A stretch of DNA of 63,743 bases, counting the filler, from Circinaria calcarea (Eukaryota), in NCBI GenBank assembly GCA_051942165.1. It is 15 parts of 15 records of this genome, joined end to end, with 100 filler letters (N's around TTAATTAATTAA, not from the genome) between each part and the next. Parts side by side here need not be neighbours in the genome. Positions count along the whole stretch, not along the records: positions 1 to 4,167 come from JAVECS010002429.1; positions 4,268 to 8,430 come from JAVECS010002430.1; positions 8,531 to 12,691 come from JAVECS010002431.1; 12 more parts are not named here. One strand, given 5' to 3'. Of the stretch, positions 1 through 12,250 are shown piece by piece (within the stretch, counting starts at the first letter, position 1; each line of letters starts with the position of its first letter). Below the pieces are notes generated by a model. It was given only the letters and a program-made list of their open reading frames with translations. It ran no database searches and had not been told where the DNA came from. Position numbers and translations under genes: made by a program.

Positions 1-903
1 GCCCAGAGCTTTGGGAACTTCTCCTGAGTAAATCCAGATCGACCCTTACCGGCAATAAGGGGGAAGCTCATCAAGATATCTGCACCTGTGAGCTTCTTAC
101 CACAGAGGTATTCACCTCCACCTGGAGATGTTGCAATTTGGCTTTCAAGGAATTCGAAATGGGTCTTGAAGTTCGGAGTAAGATACAGCGAATCGAGTTT
201 CCCAGCAATACCGTTAGTGATTGGCTTGATAAAGAAAGGGACCGGCGAGTTCTTTATATCTATACGAGAGAAGATTAGTAAAGCTATGATCTGCAACAAA
301 GCAAGTACTAGCAGTACATACTGGCCACGAGCAAGGCTACAAGCATTAGAGCCATGAGACTGCCTTCGGTGTAATGCATATAGTAGCGGTATCGAAGCCA
401 TTCTTCGCTTTCTCCGCCTATCTGGCCCTCCTTACCATCAGCGTATCGCTCCGGAGCAAGTTCAGGTTTAAAGTGATCAATCAGGTATTCGGTAATTAGG
501 CCAGACTCGGCTATGACCATCGGCTTTGACATGCCTTCGGCTTCGATACTAATGACGGGTGATTTGCCCAGAGGATGGATATCTTTCAATTCGGCGGGTG
601 CCTGCATTTTCACCCGTTTGTATGTCTTTAGCTCGTATTCAACATTTAGCTCCTCCAATAGCCATAAGATTCGCTGAGAGCGGGACTGTTCAAGCCTACG
701 GAAACGTGAGCCAGAGCTGAATAGATGAAAATCAAATTGTCACAGCAAAAAGGAAGTGGCTGGGAGACAATGATACTGCGGAAATATGCAGAAATGCGAG
801 GTAGGGAGGAAAGAGATCGCCGTAGTTGACCAACATACCAATACAGGGTTATCTTGGCTTTCTGGTTTTTCTTCATTATAACCTCCTCCGTTCCGGGAGA
901 CAT
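1..903 (-). CDS. Glutathione S-transferase, Gtt1-like (3' end cut by window edge)
   Basis: Exons 903-839, 695-322 and 259-1 with GTATGT..TAG introns. Spliced protein has ITLYWLEQSRSQRILWLLEEL, HPLGKSPVI, AESGLITEYL and YLCGKKLTGADILMSFPL, typical GST N- and C-domain motifs. Confidence 0.92.
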
Positions 904-1156
904 CTTTGATATTATCGTTAGCTATAAATTACACTATTTGTACAGAGGTAGGAGCAACATCAGATCTGTCAATGTAGAAGCAGAGAATATGCTGACAGCT
1001 TAGATTATGCTGACAACTTGGGAATACCTCGGTACACCGGCGGACCAATTAGAATATCACCGTCGGATACCGACCTCAAATCGCCGATTATCACATCGGG
1101 CTTCCACGAACTACCCGTTAAATCGCAATTATCCATTGCATTGATTACCTTTCAAG

Positions 1157-1577
1157 ATGGCAGGACATAACCAACCCAGTATGCGCTTCCCCACTACCGC
1201 CATTTTGTGAGCTTGGCTTCGTTAACACCTCCCAGCTCTCGCCATGGACCCGGCGTTGATCAAATACGCCAGTATGTCCAAACTCTCTCCGCCAGTTGCT
1301 GTACCCTCAGCAGCACTGACGAAGGCTAATTGACTTCGACAGATATGCAAAGCCATCGAATGAGATATTTTCGGTGGACCCCGCGGACAGCCTGGATAAC
1401 GTTCGCCTATGCGGTGGCCGTGCCGGCTATGTTTGGTTATATGGGATTTGTGACTGACGTGAGTGTCCAAGAGACGGGAATGAGTAAAACAATGTGAGAG
1501 ATACTGACGGAGGCCTGCTCTAGGGGAAGTGGGATATGCGGGGAAAACGGAGAGGGGACACGATTGCTGAGTTTTAG
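1157..1577 (+). CDS. NADH:ubiquinone oxidoreductase accessory subunit, NDUFB4/B15-like (fungal 6.6 kDa subunit), 75 aa, 4 exons
   Basis: Exons 1157-1178, 1236-1271, 1343-1458 and 1524-1577 with canonical GT..AG introns splice to MAGHNQPTLAMDPALIKYANMQSHRMRYFRWTPRTAWITFAYAVAVPAMFGYMGFVTDGKWDMRGKRRGDTIAEF*. DPAL..Y and YFRWTPRTA followed by one TM helix match this subunit. Absent from the ORF track. Confidence 0.88.
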
Positions 1578-1838
1578 AGGAATATAAACGAGCAGCATCA
1601 CCGTTAGCGTTTGGGAGATTTTGCGGTTTGTGCTTATGGGACGGCTACCAACCGGGGTAGTTTGTGTCTTGCGAATGGCAGATTTCATCTTATGCTCAAG
1701 ACTCGATGCTCTGAGGAGGCGGGTAATATGCATGAGCTTTATAAAAAAGTTCAACAGGCTCGACATCTGCACCTACACTTTGTGGTCAAAATACGGAAGA
1801 TTCTTGCTTGTCATTATGTGTACTCAGACGCTTGTTGC

Positions 1839-2712
1839 TCAGTATCCTCCTCTGCCTCTACCTCTCCCAAAACCCCTGCTACCGGGTGGACCGGGCCCAT
1901 CGGGTATCCTTTCACCTCTCCTCCACTCTCCACTTGGCACACCACCTTCCTCCCCCCTTCCCCAACTGCCAGGTCCACCTCCCCTTGCGCCACCTCTTAC
2001 CCTAAACCCCCCAAACCCATTCTCCCTTGGTCCTCCAAGCACTCCGCCTCTTCCGCCGCTAAAGTCATTTGTGCTTCTGCCTCCCGCACGACCCATTGGC
2101 CCGGACAAAGCCGGAGGAGCTACCGAACCATTTGCTAATGGCGCAAATATGGCGCATGAAATGTAATCGCCTATCACAAACCGAGCTTCTTGTAACGTCT
2201 TATCCGGTTCACCGTTTAGCGCTCCCGCCATTGGGCCCGTAGTAACAACGTTGGCTCCCTCTTCTGTAGGCAGGATACCCGGGCCATCTCCCCCTATTAT
2301 TACACTGCCTAGCTCTTTGCTAAGGTATCGTCCTGGACCTGGGCGCCCTGCGTCCCGTGTGTCTGGGAATATGAGGCGATACGACAGCCGTGTACCGATC
2401 ATGGGGTCAGGAAGTAAGTTTGGAAGAGCGGATGTGAGTAGGTGGGATAACTCGCGAAGGGTGCAGGAATGCCATGTATAAATCTGGAGGTGCGGCGGAA
2501 GCGCAGTACCGGTAGACGTGGGAAATTCGTCGAGTCTGCGAAAGCCGTTAGGTAACAGGAACACTGTAGACACTCAGCTGAAATCAGGATTATCGAGACC
2601 GGTTGTGTGAAACATACCTGTGGAAGGCTCCAGTGCGGTAGAAGAGCTTAAGGTGGAAAGGTGTCGTGGTTTGCCTGTCCACTTTCCCTCCTGAACCTGT
2701 CTGTGAAGCCAT
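1839..2712 (-). CDS. SAP18: Sin3/ASAP complex subunit SAP18 with RGG-rich C-terminal tail
   Basis: Exon 1 2712-2618 (MASQTGSGGKVDRQTTTPFHLKLFYRTGAFHR), intron GTATGT..CAG, exon 2 2535-1839 (LQIYTWHSCTLRELSHLL, KTLQEARFVIGDYISCAI). Confidence 0.93.
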
Positions 2713-2992
2713 TATATGCCAGGCTGTACGGAAGCAAAGTTGAAAGGAATTGACCAACTAATCCATGCCCATAGAGTTGCCAAAATCAGTTCAAGGCTTT
2801 CTCCATGTCCTAAAAAAATTCCATGTTGATCTCGCTAAGCCCTATGACATATTACCCCAGATTGACCTAAGGGGACGTGGGCATCAACCAAGGGTCAAAC
2901 TTAGGGATACCTGCTACACACTTTTGATAGAGAGACTCCGATCCTTAGAGTATCGACTTTTAAATCGAAGCATACCTCGGCGTTGTAACATT

Positions 2993-4136
2993 ATGGATTT
3001 CGCCGCCCTTATGTCCAAGGAGATCTCTAAATCCCAACCCACCTCCCCACCTACCCAATCCGAGCCTCCCAAAAAGTACCTAAAGCGTGCCGAGCTCGAG
3101 GCCCAACGTCAGGAAAACTATCTTCAAGAACAGCGCGTGATTCAACGTTCTCGAGAGGAGAAGCTACAGAAGAAGCGCAAACTCGAGGAAGATGAAACCC
3201 TCCGGAACAAAGAGCGAGACGAAAAGAGGCGGCGTCTGGCCGAGGAGTCGCGGATTCGTCGCGAGGAAGAAGAGGATCGAAAAGAGCGTGCTCGGCGAAA
3301 ACGCTTAGGTCTTCCCGATCTGCCATCGAAGGGTCAGAAAGAAGATGATGGTACCCCCCTTGCCGACAATGAGGAGGATATCCCGGAGCCCGAACTCTTA
3401 GCAAAGCTCAGGGCTCTATCTGAACCAGCTATTCTCTTCGGTGAGAGTCACAGACAGCGTCTGCGTCGTTATCTCAAACTCATCACCCCCCAACCTACCT
3501 TGACCAACGGGCCTATTCCCACTACCCTCGTTCTGGTTCCCGAAGCGGACATGAAGGTCCCTCCCAAACCTCCCACAACACCGGCAGAACGCGCGTATCT
3601 CTTCCGGCAACTGGCATCTTATTTTACCATGGTACTGACCGAATGGGCAGTTGCCCTGGCACAGCGGCCCGAGGCCGTGAAAGAAAGTTTTCAAGGGAAA
3701 CAGGCTTACGGAGCGATGGTCCAGAGCAGAGAGAACATGCGGCCGCTTTTTAAGAAGTTTGAGAGGGGAGAGTTGGAGGACGGGATACTCGAGCCGGTGG
3801 TGGAGATTGTGAAGGCGGCGCAGGAGAGGAGATACGTAGATGCCAACGATGGGTACTTGAGATTGAGTATCGGCAAGGCGTAAGTTCCACCCTGCTTTCA
3901 ACAGTCTACCAGACTAAACATGGCACTGACATTCATATAGGGCATGGCCAATTGGGGTAACGATGGTGGGTATCCACGAACGGTCTGCACGGGAGAAGTT
4001 ACACGAGAGTGATAAAGGGGCCGCTCACATCATGAGTGACGAAGTCACCAGGAAGTTTCTACAGAGCATCAAGCGGTGTCTTAGTTTTGCGCAAACTAGG
4101 TGGCCGCCGGATGATCAGTTACAGCTGATGGGTTGA
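2993..4136 (+). CDS. PRP18: Pre-mRNA splicing factor Prp18
   Basis: Start MDFAALMSKEISK at 2993; PRP4-like segment KLRALSEPAILFGESHRQRLRRY; intron 3880-3940; conserved [29 protein letters not shown] and AHIMSDEVTRKFLQSIKR; TGA at 4134-4136. Confidence 0.95.
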
Positions 4137-4167
4137 GACTCCAATATCAAGACATTTCTTGTCTACG

Positions 4168-4267
4168 NNNNNNNNNNNNNNNNNNNNNNNNNNNNNNNNN
4201 NNNNNNNNNNNTTAATTAATTAANNNNNNNNNNNNNNNNNNNNNNNNNNNNNNNNNNNNNNNNNNNN
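4168..4267. other. Artificial contig spacer N44-TTAATTAATTAA-N44 (first of 14)
   Basis: Identical 100-nt spacers at 4168, 8431, 12692, 16953, 21214, 25474, 29733, 33988, 38243, 42496, 46749, 51002, 55253 and 59500. The palindromic 12-mer puts stops in all six frames. Intervening pieces are 4167, 4163, 4161, 4161, 4161, 4160, 4159, 4155, 4155, 4153, 4153, 4153, 4151, 4147 and 4144 bp, i.e. length-sorted contigs. Confidence 0.99.
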
Positions 4268-5439
4268 CCCTCCATAAACCTCCCATCCCCAAATCTCCTT
4301 CCCTTCCAACAGCACGCACAAGGGAATCCTTCCGTGTAAGTGTTGCGCACTCCACGTATGTTGGGGGACATTTTGGGGAAGCCGTAGTAGTAGCAGTAGC
4401 AGTTAGCAATGCCCAGGATACCGGGCATAGTGGGGGGAGAGAAGGGTAAAAATCGAGGTTTCACGAAGTGGGTTGGGGAAAAACCACAAAATGATTACTT
4501 TCTTTTTGAAAATACAAGAAGGGGGGGGGAAAAAAGGCGTGTGGATTTCACCAAGTTACTCGTAAGATATATTTGCCCAAGGGAGGGGGGGGGAAGCGGG
4601 GAACCCGACTGTTTCCCGCGGAAGAGATGAGATGAGATGGAGAATTTATAATCAAAGGTAGCTTTGCTTTGGCACGGAACGCCCAGTAGATAGATAGATA
4701 GATAGGTGCAGAGAGAGAGAGTGGGGTATTCTCTCGTCCCTTTTTCTAACAAATCCGTCCCTCTCTCCCTCGAAGAGGAGAGCTTTTGGAACCCATCAAA
4801 CACGCTTGGATTCGGGTATTCAGGTCTCAAGATCTCCAGATCTCAACTCGTACCTAGGTAAGCATGAGAGGAGGGTAGCTTGCTGTTTTCTGTTCGTGTA
4901 GTGCATTGCGTTTTTCATTACCACGCAGTCATATTGGTCTGGGAAAACGGGGGGAGCTAAGCGGGGAGGATGAATATGCTTTGCTGGTGGCCTGGGAGAT
5001 AAGGGATCTTGTTGAACTGTCATGACGGGCTACGAAGTTATCGGGAGTGAAAGAATCGGGGGGGTTGGGAGTACTGTCTGAGGCCGGGTGGGCGGTAAAA
5101 GTGTGGTTTTCATGCTACATTCCTCAGCAATAAAGGAATCTGCGGAAGCGCCGTATGCCGAAACCCGTTGACCGGAGAGACCAGCCTAAATCAAGGAAAT
5201 GCGGCATGCGGAAAAGCTATTTCAAAAGCAGATATATTGCAACAATAAATGTGGACGGGCCTCGTCAAACTTGACAACCAACCAACACGGATGAGAGAAA
5301 AATCCCCCGTTCAGAATCTTGCATCCAGAAAAACCCACCGGGAGCTCCTCCTCTAAACTCAACCTTCTGATTCTCCCCCTCTCCACCCCTGTTCCACTAT
5401 TCCTCCACCTCCAGTCCACCCTTCACGCCCTTCTTTACA

Positions 5440-6480
5440 ATGGTCGAAGCCTGGTTCGTCCTCATCGCCTCTCAAAAGTACCGCCCGGGCCCCCAAATGC
5501 GGCGAGCCCTCCAAGACTTCTTCAACGGCCGGATTTCCAACGACGAAGCCGCCAGACGCGTCACCACGACCATCCAGACGCTCCCAGATGAAAGGAGCAT
5601 TCAGGTCCACGTGGGCGAGCTCTGGGAGCTCCTGATCGACGCCGCCAAGGAGATCCCAGGCTAGCAGGATAAGCTCGTGCAGCTGCTCGCGGCCATCGGA
5701 AGTCTGCCGGACTTTGTGCGCCGGGGGGAAATAGTCGAGGTTGCGGGGGATCGTGGGCGTACGAGGTTGTGGAGGGACCTGCCCATGTTTGCCGATTTTA
5801 TGCGGGACGAGCACTGTAAGTTTTTTTCCCCCCTTCTGCGCTCGATATTCCCTCTTGGCGAATCTGCGATTGGGGGTTTTTCCAACATGCCGCATTTGAG
5901 TTGTACAAATGTTGATCTTCGGGCAGACGAGGACCTTACCCCCAGACACCGCGACCAACCACAGCAAGAATACGAGTGGCACAACTACAACGCCTTCGCC
6001 GCCCGGATCGTTGCCGACGGTATCTGCGACCTGAAGCGCGTCGGGATCCGCACCTTGCGCAATGCCCTCGAAAGGGAACCATGGAAACGACCCTCACACG
6101 TGGAAAACATCCGTGGATATGATCGGGAACTTGCCATGTATCGCAGTTCGATCCGTCACTTGGATTGTCTCGTCCCGGCCGCCGCTCAGTGGATCTTCCA
6201 TGCAGGCCACATGATCTTCCACTTGCAAGACGAGTGGAGGGCCTCGCAAGACCCCGGGGAAGATCAGGGGTTCGGTGAGGGTTTATGGAAAGGGAAAAAT
6301 GGCTTTTGCCGCGAACGGTGGGACTTTTGGAAGAGCCGATTCACGTGGGTACAGGGTCTCAAGGAGCTAGAATTTGAAACAAAGGCAGTGGCAAAGCAGG
6401 CGGTCGAAAGGATGGAAAAGATTGAGAAGTATCCGGAGACTGAACTCTGGCAGGAGAGGATAAAACAGGGATTGAGATAG
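5440..6480 (+). pseudogene. DUF3632-like protein interrupted by a single in-frame TAG (pseudogene or recoded gene)
   Basis: ORFs 5440-5664 and 5677-6480 are in the same frame, separated only by TAG at 5662-5664 (EIPG*QDKLVQLLAAI). Intron 5816-5926 (GTAAGT..CAG). Motifs LWRDLPMF, WHNYNAFAARI, LRNALE, AAAQWIFHAG and GFCRERWDFWKSRF resemble DUF3632. Confidence 0.75.
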
Positions 6481-7082
6481 GAAGTAGACGAGGAAAATGT
6501 GAAATCATCCATGGTGCACGTGCGTCTGATTAAGATTCCAGAGAAACCGTTTACCGTTTCCGATGTTCCTAATCTTCAATTCCGAGATCTTTCCCCTGTT
6601 ATATGTTGTTTTCGGTCGCTATCCTCTTTTGGATAGGGGCAAGACGTTCGAAAATAGTAAAGCGCAAGGACATGGACAAAAGGACATACATAACCATAAA
6701 GCCTTCCCTAAAATTAGATGCGAATTCTGCAGGAGTTTAGAGTCAAAGAGCTCGATCACTTAGGCGCCTCCCGGTATAGGGAAATCGTTGCAGTAATTTC
6801 TTAGAGTATACTCGTAACTATTATCCCCACAGATGCGCGTAAACCCTCAAGTTGCTTGCAGGAGAAAATACTCCAAGGAGATATCGGAAATCTCGTTGGA
6901 AGCAGAGAAAGGAATTCGTTTCTTCCTAGGTATATATCTGCTAACAAGCCGATACAAACCTAATCAAGGTATTTAGACCAAGGTATAGTAGCACGGATAT
7001 TATACCCAAGCCGATAATACGGTCCCCGCCATGATGACCTTAAAGACCAAGGCACCTAAAAATCTGGCTGTTATCTGCATCT

Positions 7083-8398
7083 TCACTGCACCATCGCCAC
7101 CAGAAGCTTCTGATAATCTCCACTCGTCTCTTTTTTGATCCACGAAACCAAGTCCTTCCCATATTTTACTTTGAACGCACCATTAACTTGTCCCATATGT
7201 TCTCTGTTCCAGTGGAGCGCCACCACACGCCCGATCAACTGTTTGTCCTTTGTGCCAAACCCCACCATTGATTCATATAGCAACATCGCATCTTTCATGG
7301 CCCGATCGGTTGCTGTCCTTACAATCTGCACCAACGCATGTTGCATGTGACCCGAGAATTTCTTGGTAAGCATTTTCTCAAGAGAAGAGCGATATTTCTG
7401 CTCATAAGTATGTGCTATCGCACGAATCTGGCCGTCGTTGCGGGAAGTGAGAATCGAGCAAACGGTCAATTGGTCGGTGCTGCCGCCAAACCCCTTTTCA
7501 GTTGCATGGTGAAGTTCGGTCACGTCGGCATCGATGGCTTGCGGGATGACGGGTGCGGAATCCTCTTGTCGGGTGCTTGCTAGTACCATTGAGAAAAGGC
7601 GGTCAGTCTTTCCGGAAAGGTCGCTGCTGACAACCGATTCTAGAGTCTTCTGATACGTAGCAAAAAAGGCCTGTTTGATGGCGTGCATGTCTGCGTTTGA
7701 GCGGCCAAGGAGGACCTCATCGAGTAGGTCTTCATTAGTACCTGCTCGGCTCAGTGCCTTGTCTAGAAGAAGGACGTCCTGGTGGAGGGGACCGCGAAGG
7801 ATGGTGAGAAGGACGGTTCTGAAGTTGAAGGATGTCTCGGATCGCATGTCGGATTCTAAAGAGCGGTGGTGGCGTTGCTGGTAGGTGGTCTTGAGATGTG
7901 GGATAGAAGTTGCCGGAAGATGAGCCAGAGTCCGTATTATTGCAGCTTCGTCAGTTCCAACGAGGATGCCACTCTTGAACGCTTTACGCAGAGTATCGGC
8001 AGCCATACTAAGATTTTCGAAAGGCATTGTGTCAGGGCCATAGCCCAAACTTGGGGGCGTTGGTATAACCTGAGGGTAGCCATGGGCGCCTTGTTGCTGA
8101 GCACCATAAGGGGCTTGCGGTGGAGGATATCCTTGAGCCGGATATCCCTGATTCTGACTGTAAGCACCCTGATTTTGATTATAGATGGCTGGCGGAGGTG
8201 GATATCCTTGCTGTTGATAAGCTTGTGGTGGGGGACCCTGCGGAGGATAACCTTGCGGTGGATACCCTTGCTGTGGATAGCCTTGTGGTGCAAACTGCCC
8301 CGGCGGAGGGTTGAATCCTCTTTCTTGAGGGTATGGTGAATGCCCTTGCGATTGGTACTGGGACGGTGGCGGCTGATGGTATCCAGGCTGTGGAGAGT
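7083..8398 (-). CDS. Annexin (A7/A11-like, long Gly/Tyr/Pro/Gln-rich N-terminal tail); first exon(s) missing
   Basis: Acceptor TAG just before 8398, then repeated QGYPPQGYP units, then four annexin repeats (GTDEAAIIRTL, GTNEDLLDEVL, STDQLTVCSIL, GFGTKDKQLI, ETSGDYQKLLVA). Confidence 0.93.
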
Positions 8399-8747
8399 CT
8401 AATTTCCCGAAAATCAGTCATTGGTAGCGANNNNNNNNNNNNNNNNNNNNNNNNNNNNNNNNNNNNNNNNNNNNTTAATTAATTAANNNNNNNNNNNNNN
8501 NNNNNNNNNNNNNNNNNNNNNNNNNNNNNNGTGGAAGGGGGCCGTGGAAGGGATGATTTGAGGCTAGGGAATCATGTAAAAGGTCGGGTAGGGTAGGGTA
8601 TGATAGAGGAGTTTGTCTCCGGGGGGGGGAGATTAGATAAGAAGAGGAGTGGGAATGGAGCCCCGTTCGAAGTGTTCGGTAATGAACCGTTGTAAATAAG
8701 TGAACAATTCAAGCAGCATCCTCATTATTGGATAAGCGTGTCTTGAT

Positions 8748-9107
8748 TCAGAGACCTTCGGGTTCCAGTTGATTTGAAGATGTGTTGATGCATGTCAAAG
8801 TCAGTATTCCCGACAGCTGCTGCGATATGATTTCCGACCGGAATAAAATACCGTGCAAGGGCGGGTATTGACCTTGACATAGGATCGACAAGGAGCAAGA
8901 GATGGCAGGAGGAATTTTTTTGTTTAGCGGTACTGACAGATATTTGGGATCTGTAGGTTCGGTGGGTTTGCCGAAGACACGATTTTTGATACCCATGGAG
9001 GATAAATTGCGTGGGACGATGTAGAGAGTGGAGAAATCGGAATCGTACATCTCATATCTGATCTGCAGCGGAAGACTTAATAGTTAGATTGGCTGCGATG
9101 AAGACAT
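8748..9107 (-). pseudogene. Decayed F-box-like gene fragment
   Basis: ATG at 9107 reads MSSSQPI*LLSLPLQIRYEMYD, an F-box-like L..LP.(E/Q)IR..IY start with an in-frame TAA at 9086-9084, continuous with ORF 8748-9050. Downstream similarity is weak. Confidence 0.4.
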
Positions 9108-10524
9108 CGCACTTGGGGATGCTGAGGAGCATAGCTGAGGTTTGTCTAGTCGCCAGTCGTAGCTACGGGGAGGTCAAGATCAATCTGAGATCCCTGTTGC
9201 CATTATTCTATCGAGGTTTCTCTAGGATATCAATACTACCAGTTCAGGCGGACATCTTGTTTATCCAGAAGACCGCATGTCCATTGTCCTTCCTTTTTGT
9301 CTCTGGAGCTGGTTGTTGTGTAAATTCAATGTAAACTGCTTCGATTTTCCCGTGGGGAATGTGGACCCTGTCGCCAAGCTTTGGGAGTTCGACGACATCC
9401 CTCATCGATTCTTACATTCTGTTGGTCATGCATAGTCTGGGAACAGAACTGATATGGACATGCAACATGCCAGGTGCAAACGGCTGGGTGTGTGAGAGGT
9501 AATCTGGTGGACTTCATCTTCGGTCTCTTGATCTCCACTGCGCAGTGCACCCAAGACCCGAGCAGCGTCACTGTCGTTACAGTCACCTCCATAGGGATGT
9601 CGTCCACTTCAGTAGCCTTATTCAACCACCAAAGTATGGCTTCACGAATCCACAGGATCTCTCAGCTGGGCTTTGTCTTCTCGGAAGCCATATGGACTAC
9701 TGTCGCTTCGTTGTCTTTGGAACTGCTGATGGACAACCGGATTTTGAGAGACCCGAGCGATAGGTAATTTCTTATGAGTACCTATACCTATTTCTTTGCA
9801 GCCTTGTCGTATCTCGGCTTGCTTGTCAATCACTGCGTCCTCATTGTGTACCAATGATGGCTTCTTTGCATGCACCACAGCTATGAAAAACATGGCAATC
9901 TAGGATGCAGGTGTCTTGCTGTCCCTCCGTCATGGACTTCCACCGTCATCCCTTGCCCCTACCGTTCTCGGCCTGGGGAAGGTACTCACACGTGAGACAA
10001 CTCCTTCTCAACTTCCTTCTTTCCCATTCACCCAACGGCCTTTTTATATCTCCTTTGTTCTTCTCACCACAACATCCAATTTCCTTCTGTTGCTCACATC
10101 GCCGTGACGTTCTCATTGGCTTATCGGAATATCCTATACTATCCTTCTTTTACCCTCTTTGCAGCAGTCAGTAGCAGTATACAGAAGTATTGTTGGATAT
10201 TGGAGTACGGACACCGTTGTATTCACATCCTGGAGTCAAGCCATTCCTTGCTTTGGAGCCTTGTTCAGCAAACTTGCGGGCAAGACTCTGCTGGCTGTGC
10301 AACAAGTGTTGTTGTTTCGGTAATTTTGCGGCACTGATTCGAGCTACAATCTCCGAACGCTGGCAGAGGCGAATATATCCTCCGGGCCCAATTCCACCCT
10401 ACCTGTCGACACTTCGCTACCGTAAAACCCTCTTGCAATCACCTCTGTACTCTCTTACCTACTTGATTCCAGTCAGGACAGGATATAGTACCACCCTAGA
10501 CTTTACAGACCCAACACTACAACC

Positions 10525-11993
10525 ATGTCTACCAGACGTGCAGTTACCATACTACCTCGTGCCCTGCGCACTGCAGCAGCAACCCGATGTTTTACAATCA
10601 CGGTTACGCGTTTGGACAAGACTATAGCAGAGAATGAAGTCCCTGTTGTTACTTATGTCGATGGCCCTGACCAGCCAGCCCATGCTGTCATTAAGGTCGA
10701 CCAGTCCAAGCCAGTTGATAATGCAGCTACCACAACGGACGTTGTAAAGAAGGCTTTTGCGCTCGAAAAGGATATTGTACACAAACTGCCACTAACACTC
10801 AAAAGATTTACACTTGACGGAAAGGTAGCACTTGTGACCGGGTAAGTACATTGTGTTATACCAATATCAAATTCCTAGAAATTTCTTCCTGGTCTTGTGT
10901 GAACGTATAGAAGTCTTCACTCCTGCACCAACATCTCTTCGCTTTCCATTATGTTGATTTTTCTGGATCTTCTGCTGCTGCTTATTTATACATGAGCACG
11001 GAGATCGTTGCCTGCTGCAGTGACACCCTCACACGCTTACTGCGTTCACTTCATTGAATAAATCTGATTCCTTATGCGCTCGATTTCATCTACTTGCAAC
11101 GCTGACTTTTATTATGCAAAGTGGAGCCCGTGGCCTCGGTTGGAACATGGCTCAGGCCTTGGTGGAAGTCGGTGTCAAGGCGATTGCCCTTTTAGACGTG
11201 CAGCAAGACCTTGGCGACAAAGCCGCTGCAGAACTACACCAGTCTACCGGCGTTCCAGTACAGTTTTACAAGGTCGACATCCGTGACGCAAATGCCATTG
11301 CAGAGGTCATGACCAAGGTTGTCGAGAAATTCGGCTCTATTGATGTCCTTATCAATTCGGCCGGAATTGCGGAGTATGCTTCCTTAGTATCCTTAGATGA
11401 ATATCATTTACCAACCTGCTCATCTAGCTCGAACATCAAAGCCGAGGAATACGACCATGCCATGTTCCGCCGTCTAATTGACATCAACCTCACCGGCGCC
11501 TTCCTTGTCGCCCAATCCGTTGGACGCCAAATGATCAAGCAGGGCACCGGCGGCTCCATCATCTTTATCGCCTCCGTGTCTGGCTCCATTGTCAATTTCC
11601 CCCAGGAACAGAGTTGCTACAATTCCTCGAAAGCCGCGGTCATCCAGCTCGGCAAATCCCTCGCGGCCGAATGGGCGCGCTACAACATCCGTGTCAACTC
11701 CATCTCTCCGGGGTACATGGACACGGCGTTGAACCGTGTCCCGGCCCTGGACGCGCAAAAGAAGGTGTGGACCAGCATGACGCCCCAGGCACGGTTGGGC
11801 AACGTCGACGAGTTGAACAATCTGGCCGTCTATTTGGCCAGCGACGCGAGCACGTTTGTCACGGGCAGCAATTGCATCATCGATGTAGGTGACCACTCTT
11901 CTTCGCCGTTTTGGTTCTGGCCCTGCTCCCTATACTGATACTGACTTGCTTGGTTTTTTTTTTCTTTTCCAGGGTGGCTACTCGGTCTACTAG
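10525..11993 (+). CDS. Short-chain dehydrogenase/reductase (polyol/sorbose reductase-like) with putative mitochondrial presequence
   Basis: Exons 10525-10841, 11122-11373, 11428-11884 and 11973-11993. Motifs VALVTGGARGLG, INSAGI, catalytic YNSSK, NSISPGYMDT and IIDGGYSVY*. N-terminus MSTRRAVTILPRALRTAAATR is Arg-rich with no acidic residues. Confidence 0.92.
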
Positions 11994-12250
11994 GCGTCAT
12001 TCTGATTCTGATTTCACGGCTTCAAATTGGGGGGGGGGAGGGGGGGGGGCCGAGTCAGCTAGTTCTCCCTGGCTGTTGATACGTGGTGGAGTTCTGGTTT
12101 GCTATGGATGGATGGATAGATTGATAGCCCCTTTGTGTGCTATGATGGCTCATGGCTCGTGGCTGGGTGGAATGGGAATTCTATGGCTCATGGCTCGGTG
12201 GAATGATATGGGAATTACTGGATCAAGTTTCCGTCGTGCTCACGTTTCGT

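Noticed and set aside
1437..2481. Overlapping Pro-rich plus-strand ORFs and similar antisense ORFs elsewhere in the track
   Set aside because: They are shadows of GC-rich coding sequence on the opposite strand (here the SAP18 RGG tail).
2765..2992. 76-residue N-terminal extension of the PRP18 ORF
   Set aside because: The conserved start is MDFAALM at 2993; the extension runs through the shared promoter and is probably a chance open frame.
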